Positions 54,713 to 62,934 of a DNA stretch of 64,000 nt are shown one piece after another (positions within the stretch are counted from its first letter, which is position 1; each line of letters begins with the position of its first letter). Origin of the DNA: Candidatus Sulfomarinibacteraceae bacterium (lineage in GTDB: Bacteria; Acidobacteriota; Thermoanaerobaculia; Thermoanaerobaculales; Sulfomarinibacteraceae); NCBI GenBank assembly GCA_963796455.1, contig CAWCLO010000001.1, positions 768,001-832,000 on the forward strand, in the 5' to 3' direction. Made by a program: the position numbers and the translations under genes. The notes below the pieces were generated by a model. It saw only the letters and a program-made list of their open reading frames with translations, was not told the DNA's origin and searched no databases.

Positions 54713-55066
54713 TCACCCCTTGACCTGCCACCCCTTGGCCTTGAGTAACTCGCGCAGTTTGTCGCGGTGATCGCCCTGGATCTCGATATGGGTGTCGCCC
54801 GCCTTGCCGCCGCTTCCGCAGCCACGTTTAAGTTCCTTTACGAGATTCTTGAGGAACTCCTTGTTGCGCGGCAAACTCTCGACCACCGTCACCGTCTTTC
54901 CCTTGCGCCCGGCCTTTTCGATCCGCAAGCGAGCGATGACCCGGTCCGGCACTTTTTCTTCGGCCGTCGTGGAGCAACGGCATGTCTTCACCGGCCAACC
55001 GCATTTGGGACACACGCGGCCCTTTTCGGTCGTAAAGACCGTTCTTCCCGGAGCCCGGCCCTTCAT
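54713..55066 (-). CDS. yciH: SUI1/YciH translation factor
   Basis: GRKGKTVT, LKRGCGSGG, IEIQGDHR; N-terminal Cys cluster. Confidence 0.9.
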   Translation of the reverse strand: MKGRAPGRTVFTTEKGRVCPKCGWPVKTCRCSTTAEEKVPDRVIARLRIEKAGRKGKTVTVVESLPRNKEFLKNLVKELKRGCGSGGKAGDTHIEIQGDHRDKLRELLKAKGWQVKG

Positions 55067-55545
55067 TACTTATTCATCGGTTTGACCAACGTCTCAGGTT
55101 TCGGCTTCGTCACCCACAACACATTGATGATCTTCCATTCACCATTGACCTTGCCGATGTGGAGATAGTCGACCCAGTCGCGAGCCTCGGCCCTGACGGT
55201 GGCTGCGTTGCCGTAGATATCCAGAATTTTCACATCCGCCTGACGTTCGGCGACCGGCACCTTTTTGCCATAACCCTTGCGGGTGTATTGGATCAGGGTC
55301 AAGGCCGACATATTCTCCACCCGGTCCCACTTCCCCTTGGGATCGACCCGAACGATGCGCTTGGCGAGATCCGGATGCAGCGCGCGCTCCATGCGATCCG
55401 CGTCGCCCGTGTACCAACCCTCGAGATAGTCGAGGGCGGCGCCTCGGATTCCCGCTTCGTCTGCCGAGTCACCGGCAACACACGGAACAGCGAGGGCCAG
55501 AAAAATAACGAAAACGAACACGCCGGTGGTTTTCTTGAGCATCAT
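55066..55545 (-). CDS. Secreted NTF2-like (putative lumazine-binding) protein
   Basis: Signal peptide; LDYLEGWYTGDADRMERALHPDLAKR, WVDYLH..K.NGEWKIINVLW. Confidence 0.8.
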   Translation of the reverse strand: MMLKKTTGVFVFVIFLALAVPCVAGDSADEAGIRGAALDYLEGWYTGDADRMERALHPDLAKRIVRVDPKGKWDRVENMSALTLIQYTRKGYGKKVPVAERQADVKILDIYGNAATVRAEARDWVDYLHIGKVNGEWKIINVLWVTKPKPETLVKPMNK

Positions 55546-55636
55546 CAATCTCCCTTCGGTTGCAGGAATGATACGTGAACCGGCGACAGGGGTTGCTGAG
55601 ATCACAACAGTCCAATCAATCGGACCGGAGCAACAC

Positions 55637-55740
55637 CCGATTCGCAATCGCTATCGCTATCGGTATCGCTATCGAGACGACAGGAAACCACCGTGGTCGC
55701 CGAGAGCGATTGCGATAGCGATTGCGATAGCGAAAGAGCG
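55637..55740. repeat. Inverted hexamer repeats (CGCTAT)n / (ATAGCG, ATTGCG)n
   Basis: Seen directly; core of about 30 nt. Confidence 0.75.
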
Positions 55741-55856
55741 GTCAGTCGAGGAACAACAAAGGGTCTTTGGAACATCTAGTTGTATTTACACCTTATTTAT
55801 GCCATACTGTATACCCGGACGAGGTCCACGGGTCCGGGCGGAAACGGAGCAGCGAC

Positions 55857-56060
55857 ATGGAATCCATCAGCCGCCACAACCCACCCCAGAGTATTCACCC
55901 GATCGAGGTGCTTCCGGACGACCGCGGCAACTGGCCTCATGATGCGGAACAGAGTTATTCGCAGGTGCTCAAAGAGTTGGACCGCTGGAGCCGAGAACAC
56001 GGCTTTTCGACCGTCACCAACTCATGTATCGCCGAAGAGGCCATTCGTCAAAGTTGGTAA
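55857..56060 (+). CDS. Small hypothetical protein (67 aa)
   Basis: GGAG RBS; TTGTAT-17-CATACT promoter-like sequence upstream. Confidence 0.45.
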   Translation: MESISRHNPPQSIHPIEVLPDDRGNWPHDAEQSYSQVLKELDRWSREHGFSTVTNSCIAEEAIRQSW

Positions 56061-56103
56061 ATCACAGGGCCTGGATTCTGCGGGCGGGAAAATTTCCGAC
56101 GTA

Positions 56104-57159
56104 TTATTCGGCCGGATATCGATCGAGGTCGAAGGCCTTCTGGCCACTTGATAAGGCATCGTGAAGATCGCAGGCAACTCGGTCGATCACATCACGAAGC
56201 TCGAGCTTTTTGAGCCATTTCGCAGGAATTACATCGACTCCGTGGAGCGTCCCCATGATTTGACCGGTGATGGATCCTGTCGAATCCGAGTCTCCCGAAT
56301 GGGTCACGGCGAGCCGCACGGCCGACTCGAAGTCCGATGAAATCATGGAGCAGAAAACGCCGATCGCCAGTGCTTCTTCTGCGACCCAACCACCACCGAG
56401 GCATTCCACTTCTTCGGCATTGCCGAGACCGAGGGCCTCGAAAGCAAGGGCATGGTCGAGGGCGTTCAGGGTCTCCTCGTGCTCGGGATAACCCGCCAGT
56501 TCGCTCATGGCCCGCTCGATCGCCGGTTCGAGATCGAGGCCGGTCATCAAGCCGGCGATGATCTGAGCCATGGTCCCCGATGCGAGCCAACCCGTGGTGT
56601 GGCCGTGGGTAAGAGCCGCCACTTCACACCCGCACAGAAAAGGATCGCCCGGCCATCCGAGACCGACGGGAGCAACCCGCATGACGCCGCCACAGCCCTT
56701 CGAGTCGTTGAGAGAATTTGCCAGGGTGCCGAGATCGCCGCCCTCGAGAGCTGTGATGCAGGTATTGCCGGGGGCTCTCTGATCATTGAGGGCCTTCGTT
56801 TCGGTCAACCAACTCGTGAGCGCACGGCGGTCGCCCCGACCGAGCGGATACCGCCCCTGGGTCGTCAACCATCGCCAGTGGGCGTCGAGCAGAATTTCGA
56901 TCGGGGGCACATCATCATGAACGGCGGCATAGTTGAGTGATCGAATCACTCCTTCGGCGACAAAGAGCGTCATCTGCGTATCGTCGGTAATGGATCCCGC
57001 CGGAAAAGCGCCATCCACCAAATCAGCCGGTCCGTCAGAACCGTAGATCTGTTCGATTTCTTCGAGTGGCATGAACTCCAAAGGCGCGCCGAGTGCGTCA
57101 CCAACAGCGCCTCCAAGGAGGCAGCCTCTGATCCGGTCACGAGGTGTCAGCCGGCTCAT
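56104..57159 (-). CDS. ADP-ribosylglycohydrolase (ARH/DraG family)
   Basis: GDALG, TDDTQMT, SKGCGGVMR, ALTH, GDSDSTG. Confidence 0.92.
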   Translation of the reverse strand: MSRLTPRDRIRGCLLGGAVGDALGAPLEFMPLEEIEQIYGSDGPADLVDGAFPAGSITDDTQMTLFVAEGVIRSLNYAAVHDDVPPIEILLDAHWRWLTTQGRYPLGRGDRRALTSWLTETKALNDQRAPGNTCITALEGGDLGTLANSLNDSKGCGGVMRVAPVGLGWPGDPFLCGCEVAALTHGHTTGWLASGTMAQIIAGLMTGLDLEPAIERAMSELAGYPEHEETLNALDHALAFEALGLGNAEEVECLGGGWVAEEALAIGVFCSMISSDFESAVRLAVTHSGDSDSTGSITGQIMGTLHGVDVIPAKWLKKLELRDVIDRVACDLHDALSSGQKAFDLDRYPAE

Positions 57160-57211
57160 CGTCCGCCTCCCCTATCCTCGATTTCCGAGCCCCCGTTTCG
57201 GGCAGGCCGTT

Positions 57212-57466
57212 TCACAACCGATTACCGTCCGCGATGGATTCATCCTTTGACGGCAGCGGTTCTGCCAGGTTCTCCGACCCTTCGAGTAGCGACAATTGCT
57301 GAAGCTTCTTCTGCATTGCGATCCAGTCAGTCTCGGACACCAGCACCGCATTGCCGCGAAGCCCGGTGATCAGAACCGGTCCGAGACCTGAGAGAACCTG
57401 GTCCATGACGAACTGAAACTCGTTCTGGGCATCATTGGTCGGGACTTTTTGAATCGACACTGTCAA
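57212..57466 (-). CDS. Phd/YefM-like antitoxin without an adjacent YoeB/RelE toxin
   Basis: DAQNEF..VMDQV...GPVLITG.RGNAVLVSETDWIAMQ. Confidence 0.7.
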   Translation of the reverse strand: MTVSIQKVPTNDAQNEFQFVMDQVLSGLGPVLITGLRGNAVLVSETDWIAMQKKLQQLSLLEGSENLAEPLPSKDESIADGNRL

Positions 57467-57487
57467 ACCCCCGCTATCTTCGGTCCC

Positions 57488-57868
57488 TCACAGATCGGCA
57501 TCGACCCGATGTTCTAAATTCAACTGCACCCTCATCGCCTGACGGATTGCGGATCTCAGATCCGGATCGTCGATAGTCGCCAGGGGTGCCTCGAGCCGTT
57601 TTTTCGAAATGGTCCTTGTCTGGTGGGCCATCGCAACCGCGTCGTTGTTGAGTCCAATAACAAGCGACGGAAGCAAAACCTCGTTCGGGTAGATCCTGCG
57701 GCCGGGCGTGTGCGGGGTCAGAGGAAGCACCGTGACGATCGGCAGCGCCAAATTCGCGGTTTCGCGCGATACCACGAGCACCGGTCTCCTGGCCGCTCGA
57801 TCCGAGCCGATCAGTGGCTCGAGATCGACCTCGAAGATCGACCATTGAAGCGATGATTCGTCCATCAA
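57488..57868 (-). CDS. PemK/MazF family toxin
   Basis: VDLEPLIGSD...RRPVLVVS, VLPLT, YPNEV, HQTRTISKKRL. Confidence 0.88.
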   Translation of the reverse strand: MMDESSLQWSIFEVDLEPLIGSDRAARRPVLVVSRETANLALPIVTVLPLTPHTPGRRIYPNEVLLPSLVIGLNNDAVAMAHQTRTISKKRLEAPLATIDDPDLRSAIRQAMRVQLNLEHRVDADL

Positions 57869-58143
57869 CCGGTTGGTTCCAATCCTTCATTGCCATTGCC
57901 AAAATCACGCAATACCTGTTCGACATCGGACAGAAACTCGGGGTCCGATGCCGCCGAATGAAAGGCCTCTGCAAGCTGGCTTTCACGCGCCCTGAGGACA
58001 CCATCTAAGAGAGCCCGCTCCACAAACGCGCTGTATGACGGCGCCGCACCATCGCGGACCACCTCTCGAACGTCTTCGACCAGATCGGTCGGCAACGAGT
58101 AAGTGACCTTCTGCAGTCTCTTGGTTGGCGCGTTTGGTCCCAC
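57865..58143 (-). CDS. Ribbon-helix-helix antitoxin
   Basis: KVTYSLPTDLVEDVR...SYSAFVERAL; acidic tail AASDPEFLSD; overlaps the toxin start. Confidence 0.8.
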   Translation of the reverse strand: MGPNAPTKRLQKVTYSLPTDLVEDVREVVRDGAAPSYSAFVERALLDGVLRARESQLAEAFHSAASDPEFLSDVEQVLRDFGNGNEGLEPTG

Positions 58144-58259
58144 TGTTTTATGGTAGAACAGTATTCCCTAAATGGCAATACTTTCGTTACGGCGTACACA
58201 ACCCGCACCTGACCTGGAAAACCAGGGAATTCTGGCCTATGTGCTGAAATACCGACTGT

Positions 58260-59339
58260 TTACGGGCTTGAGGTAGAAGGATCGTCCGCCCGGGCGGTCG
58301 CCACCAACTCTCCATCAGCTGCGGCGTTGTCCTGAGCCTGAATCGATCGCCCACCACATCCGAATCCCGTCGGATATGGAAGCCACATCGTCGCCACCTC
58401 CGGCGCAGGTTTCGGGTATTTCTTCCACAGCACCCATCCAATCAACAGCACGAAAAATGCCGTCGACAAAATGCTGCCCTCCAACCCGAACTCGCCGCCG
58501 GTGACCAGGTCGGCATCGGATGGAGTCATCACGAAAAGCTGGTCCGTGATCTTGATTCCACTCACATCAAAGCCCCACAACCAACTCTGCGCGAGGTTCC
58601 AGGAGACGTGAAAACCGATCGGCAGCCACAGCCGTTGTGTCCGAAAATAGAGCACCGCCAGGATCACACCGGCGAGGAAGATGTTGCTGACACCGACGAA
58701 GGTGACATCGGGGTTATCGACGTGGGCCCAGGTGAATACGAGGGAGGTCACGAGGCCCGCAATCCACCGTCGGCTGCCTTCCGAGAGGGCCTGCATCAGA
58801 TAGCCCCGAAACAGAAGTTCTTCGAGCGTACCCGCAACGAGGAAGATCCAGGCGAGGAGGGGCAGCGCGGAAAAGCTCGCCGCAGGGTCGGCCGCAAGTT
58901 CCAGCTTGACCGATCCGGTCGCGATCAGGACCAACACCAGAAACCCGGTGATACCGACCCCCGCGAGGAGACCCGCGGCCAACTCGCGGAGCCAGCCGCG
59001 AGTGAATCCGAGACCAAGCATGGCCACCGGCCTCCGGTCGAAAAAACGGAGCACGAGCACTGCCGCCAGGATCAGGGCAAGATCGCCCGCGAGCCAGGTC
59101 ACAGATCTGGTCCACGATATGAAACCGGCACCGGGATAAGAACGGGCGACTCCGGCGGCAAGGAAACCAAACGGCACGATGAGCGCCGCTGTCAGAATCC
59201 CATAGACCACGATTCTCCATCCTGCGCGCCACTGCCCGAAACGATTCCGGAAGACACGAGACAGTGTGGATGATTTTGCCGGTGGCTGCGGTTCGGTTTC
59301 TTCCGAGACCGGGACCTCGTTGTGATTTTCGTGAGTCAC
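58260..59339 (-). CDS. CPBP (CAAX/Abi) family intramembrane metalloprotease
   Basis: EELLFRG, FTWAH, HVSWN, GGEFGLEG. Confidence 0.92.
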   Translation of the reverse strand: MTHENHNEVPVSEETEPQPPAKSSTLSRVFRNRFGQWRAGWRIVVYGILTAALIVPFGFLAAGVARSYPGAGFISWTRSVTWLAGDLALILAAVLVLRFFDRRPVAMLGLGFTRGWLRELAAGLLAGVGITGFLVLVLIATGSVKLELAADPAASFSALPLLAWIFLVAGTLEELLFRGYLMQALSEGSRRWIAGLVTSLVFTWAHVDNPDVTFVGVSNIFLAGVILAVLYFRTQRLWLPIGFHVSWNLAQSWLWGFDVSGIKITDQLFVMTPSDADLVTGGEFGLEGSILSTAFFVLLIGWVLWKKYPKPAPEVATMWLPYPTGFGCGGRSIQAQDNAAADGELVATARADDPSTSSP

Positions 59340-59462
59340 TCCTGATACCTCCGTATGATCTACGTTGTCGTCAGGGCTCGGTTTTGCGGGCGAATCTCGA
59401 GTTCTCGACCGCGACTGACAATTGGTTCATAATCGATGCTGCCGGACGCCCGCGGTCTTGCG

Positions 59463-60710
59463 ATGATGGAGGCCGATGTGACTCAAAATATCACTCCCGC
59501 TGATCGTACTCGGATCAGAGATCAATTCCCGACCCTGAGCGGTGACACCATTTTTCTCGAAAATGCCGGCGGGTCGCAGGTACCGGCGGTGGTGGCGGAT
59601 GCAATCCGAGACTACATGCTCGGTTCATACGTCCAGATCGGGGCCGGCTACACCCTGTCGCAACGCTGTACCGAGCTGATCGATGAGGCCCATGATTTCG
59701 TGCGTCTCATGATGAACGGCGGCGACGGCGAAGTCATCCTGGGATCCTCCACCTCGGCCCTTCTCTCCATGCTTTCCAAGTGTTACGCAAACCAACTTTC
59801 ACCGGGAAGCGAGATCATCGTCGCTCAGACCGGACACGAGGCCAACGTCGGACCATGGAAGCACTTGCAGGAACAGGGCTTTGAATTGCGGTGGTGGGAA
59901 ATGGACCCGCACAGCTTCGAGTGTCCCCTCGATGCACTCGAAGAACTGCTCTGTGAGCGCACCGCGCTGGTCGCCTTTCCCCACGTTTCCAATTTGCTCG
60001 GCGGGATCGTCGATGTCCGGGCCATCTCCGATCTTGCCCACTCGGCGGGTGCCCGGGTCGTTGTCGATGGTGTCGCCTATGCCCCCCACCGCGCGATGGA
60101 TGTCAGTGCCTGGAACGTCGACTGGTACGGTTACTCCACCTACAAGGTCTACGGCCCTCACATGGCCGCGCTCTGGGGACGGCGTGATGCCATCGAGGAA
60201 CTGCATGGACCGAACCACTTTTTCGTCCCCGATGACGACCTCCCCTACAAATTCGAGGTCGGTGGACCGAGCCACGAAGGCTGCGCCGGTATTCTCGGAC
60301 TGCGCAATTATCTGGCCTACCTGGTCGATGTGCCACCGGAAAGTTTCGACCGGGCGGCGGTCGAAAAGGCCTTTGCGATCATGACCGCCTGTGAGCTGCC
60401 ACTCCAGGCTCAGCTCCTGGATTATCTCCGCAGACGTTCCGACGTGAAGATCATCGGACCCGCAACCGCGGGGCCCGAGCGAGTGGGAACCGTGAGTTTT
60501 GTCCACGAAAGCAAAAGCTCAGCCGAGATCACCGCTACTGTCGATCAATCCGGCGTCGGTATCCGCCATGGTCATATGTACGCCTATCACCTCTGCGAGG
60601 CGGCGGGGCTTGTCCCGGACGACGGCGTGGTTCGAAGCAGCCTCGTCCACTACAACACCCCGGCTGAAATGGAACGGTTAATCGAGGTCTTCGAGCAAGC
60701 GCTGGCCTGA
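59463..60710 (+). CDS. Class V aminotransferase, cysteine-desulfurase-like, lacking the catalytic Cys loop
   Basis: ENAGGSQ, HEANV, DGVAYAPH, STYKVYGPH; RHGHMYA where SufS has RxGHHCA. Confidence 0.88.
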   Translation: MMEADVTQNITPADRTRIRDQFPTLSGDTIFLENAGGSQVPAVVADAIRDYMLGSYVQIGAGYTLSQRCTELIDEAHDFVRLMMNGGDGEVILGSSTSALLSMLSKCYANQLSPGSEIIVAQTGHEANVGPWKHLQEQGFELRWWEMDPHSFECPLDALEELLCERTALVAFPHVSNLLGGIVDVRAISDLAHSAGARVVVDGVAYAPHRAMDVSAWNVDWYGYSTYKVYGPHMAALWGRRDAIEELHGPNHFFVPDDDLPYKFEVGGPSHEGCAGILGLRNYLAYLVDVPPESFDRAAVEKAFAIMTACELPLQAQLLDYLRRRSDVKIIGPATAGPERVGTVSFVHESKSSAEITATVDQSGVGIRHGHMYAYHLCEAAGLVPDDGVVRSSLVHYNTPAEMERLIEVFEQALA

Positions 60711-60747
60711 TCCGAATCGACAACCGCCTACGGGAAGGCACGCAAGA

Positions 60748-61602
60748 ATGAAACACAGCGAGGGCTGGACCGAGAGCCGGGACGACAACCGGCTGTATTG
60801 GCAACGATGGCAGCCGAAGGGAGAGGCCCGAGCCGTGATCATCTATGTTCATGGCCTGTCGGAGCACTCCGGGCGTTATACCCACGTCATGCGCCACTTC
60901 GCCGAACGGGGCTTCGATGGCTGGGCGGTCGACTACCGGGGCCACGGACAAAGCCCGGGTCGCCGCGTCCACGTCCGTCGCTTCGATGACTACCTGCTCG
61001 ACCTCGAGGCCGTGTATCGACGGATGCGCCGCGAGCAAACATGGCTGCCGTGCTTCTTTGTCGGTCACTCCCAAGGCGGTCTGCTCACTCTACGCTATGC
61101 GTTGTCCCGACCGGAAGGTCTCAGCGGAATCGTGGTCTCGTCCCCATTCCTCAAGCTCCATCCCGACTCGGCCCCGCCGGCCCCCCTCCACATGATCGCA
61201 AATATCCTTTCGACCTTTTCGCCGACGATGATGTTTTCCAAGGTCGCAAAACCGGAACTGCTCAGCCGCGATCCAAAGGTCGGTCAGGCCTATGTCGATG
61301 ATCCGCTGGTCAGCGATACCGTGTCGGCGCGTTGGTTTGCATCGATTCTCGGGGCTCAGGCAGACACCCGGCGGCGTCCATCGGAACTTTCACTTCAGGC
61401 ATTGATCATGCAGTCGGGTGATGACCGGCTGGTGGATCCGGCTGCCACCCTTGAATGGGCTGAAGCGGCGCCGACGGAACTGGTGGAATACGAGGAGTGG
61501 GAAGGTTTCTACCACGAAATGTTCAATGAAAACGGCAAGGAAATGGTCTTCGATCGGATGGAGGCCTGGTTCGAGGCGCGACTCGAGGAGATTGGGAGCT
61601 AG
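60748..61602 (+). CDS. Lysophospholipase-like alpha/beta hydrolase
   Basis: HGLSEHSGRY, DYRGHG.S, GHSQGG, DRLV, YHEMFNE. Confidence 0.92.
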   Translation: MKHSEGWTESRDDNRLYWQRWQPKGEARAVIIYVHGLSEHSGRYTHVMRHFAERGFDGWAVDYRGHGQSPGRRVHVRRFDDYLLDLEAVYRRMRREQTWLPCFFVGHSQGGLLTLRYALSRPEGLSGIVVSSPFLKLHPDSAPPAPLHMIANILSTFSPTMMFSKVAKPELLSRDPKVGQAYVDDPLVSDTVSARWFASILGAQADTRRRPSELSLQALIMQSGDDRLVDPAATLEWAEAAPTELVEYEEWEGFYHEMFNENGKEMVFDRMEAWFEARLEEIGS

Positions 61603-61770
61603 CCCGGCTGTTCGCCACTCGATACTCGATACTCGATGCTGGATGCTGTATCCCGAGCCCGTTGCCGTTATCGAAAGGGAGAAAGGGAGATCGCCAGTCC
61701 ACCCTCTCCGATCTCGAAAGGAAGAATCGCCCATCACGGGTATCCCATGTATGTGAACTCCGCCCCCCGA

Positions 61771-61949
61771 TGTCATCCTCAGCGGAACACGCGACCCCGG
61801 TGTCTCCTGTCTGCGCACAGCGCCAAATGATGTCATCCTGAGCGCAGCCCGCCCTGGGGCGGAGTCGAAGGATCTATGAGATGGACTGAAACGCCCGTGA
61901 ACCGCAGATCCTTCGACTCGGCCGTCGGACGGCCTCCCTCAGGATGACA
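61771..61949. repeat. REP-like doublet TGTCATCCTGAG...GAAGGATCT / AGATCCTTCG...CTCAGGATGACA plus a partial copy
   Basis: Inverted units at 61831-61875 and 61905-61949, each with an internal hairpin; partial unit at 61771. Confidence 0.8.
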
Positions 61950-62041
61950 TATTGAACGATTGTGCCGTTCCCGATCCCGATCCCGTTCCCGAAAGAAATA
62001 AACGGGCCCTACCGGCTCGTCGTTCGTGAAAAGGGCCGAGT

Positions 62042-62116
62042 CTCCTCTGCTCCTCTGCTCCTCTGCTCCTCTGCTCCTCTGCTCCTCTGCTCCTCTGCTC
62101 CTCTGCTCCTCTGCTC
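62042..62116. repeat. Perfect octamer tandem repeat (CTCCTCTG)9
   Basis: Counted directly; abuts the yidD stop codon. Confidence 0.95.
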
Positions 62117-62363
62117 AATCTGAATCGTCGGATCCCGGCGACTCCCGCGGCGGCACCGGATCGTATCCTCCCGGGTGGAAGGGGTGGCATTTTCCGATGC
62201 GCTTGATGGCCATCCAGACGCCGAGTAGACCGTGGGTCTCGATCGCCTCGGCCGCATAGACCGAACAGGTCGGTTCGAAACGGCACGCCGGCGGCATGAA
62301 CGGCGAAATAAACCGTTTGTAGAAACGGGCCGGAGAAGCGACAACGCGCCACAGCAGACTCAT
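62115..62363 (-). CDS. yidD: Membrane protein insertion efficiency factor YidD
   Basis: [37 protein letters not shown]. Confidence 0.93.
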   Translation of the reverse strand: MSLLWRVVASPARFYKRFISPFMPPACRFEPTCSVYAAEAIETHGLLGVWMAIKRIGKCHPFHPGGYDPVPPRESPGSDDSD

Positions 62364-62403
62364 CGGAAGGGTTATTCTACCGAAGTCGAAAAGGAGGCGA
62401 ACA

Positions 62404-62793
62404 ATGAGCGAAAATCGAAACATCATCTCAACCAACGAGGCCCCGGGAGCGGTCGGTCCTTACTCCCAGGCCGTCGCATCCGGCAACTTCGTTTTCACCG
62501 CCGGTCAGATCCCCATCAACCCCGCCAGCGGCCAGATCGAGGCCGAGACCATCGAAGACCAGACCCGGCAGGTGCTGCGCAACGTGGACGGCGTCCTCCG
62601 TGCCGCCGGCAGTGGGCTCAACCGGATCGTCAAGATGACGGTCTTCATGACCGACCTCGGTGATTTTCAGAGGATGAACGGCGTCTATGCGGAGTTTTTT
62701 CCATTCGAACCGCCGGCTCGCTCGGCCGTCCAGGTGGTCGCGTTGCCGCTCGGCGTACAGATCGAGATGGAAGCGGTCGCACTCGCTCCCTGA
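62404..62793 (+). CDS. ridA: RidA family enamine deaminase
   Basis: [31 protein letters not shown]. Confidence 0.93.
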   Translation: MSENRNIISTNEAPGAVGPYSQAVASGNFVFTAGQIPINPASGQIEAETIEDQTRQVLRNVDGVLRAAGSGLNRIVKMTVFMTDLGDFQRMNGVYAEFFPFEPPARSAVQVVALPLGVQIEMEAVALAP

Positions 62794-62800
62794 GCGAACG

Positions 62801-62890
62801 AGAGTTCGGAGTTCGGAGTTCAGCGTACCGCTCCGCCGCCACTTGACGGACGGAGAGGTTTTGATCTCCGAACTCCGAACTCCGAACTCT
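62801..62890. repeat. Inverted heptamer repeats (GTTCGGA)n / (TCCGAAC)n
   Basis: Arms at 62801-62820 and 62866-62890 form a long hairpin upstream of gatE. Confidence 0.8.
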
Positions 62891-62934
62891 CGCCCTGTTA
62901 TGATCAGCCGGTTTCGCGCCCTGGAGGGAATCGC

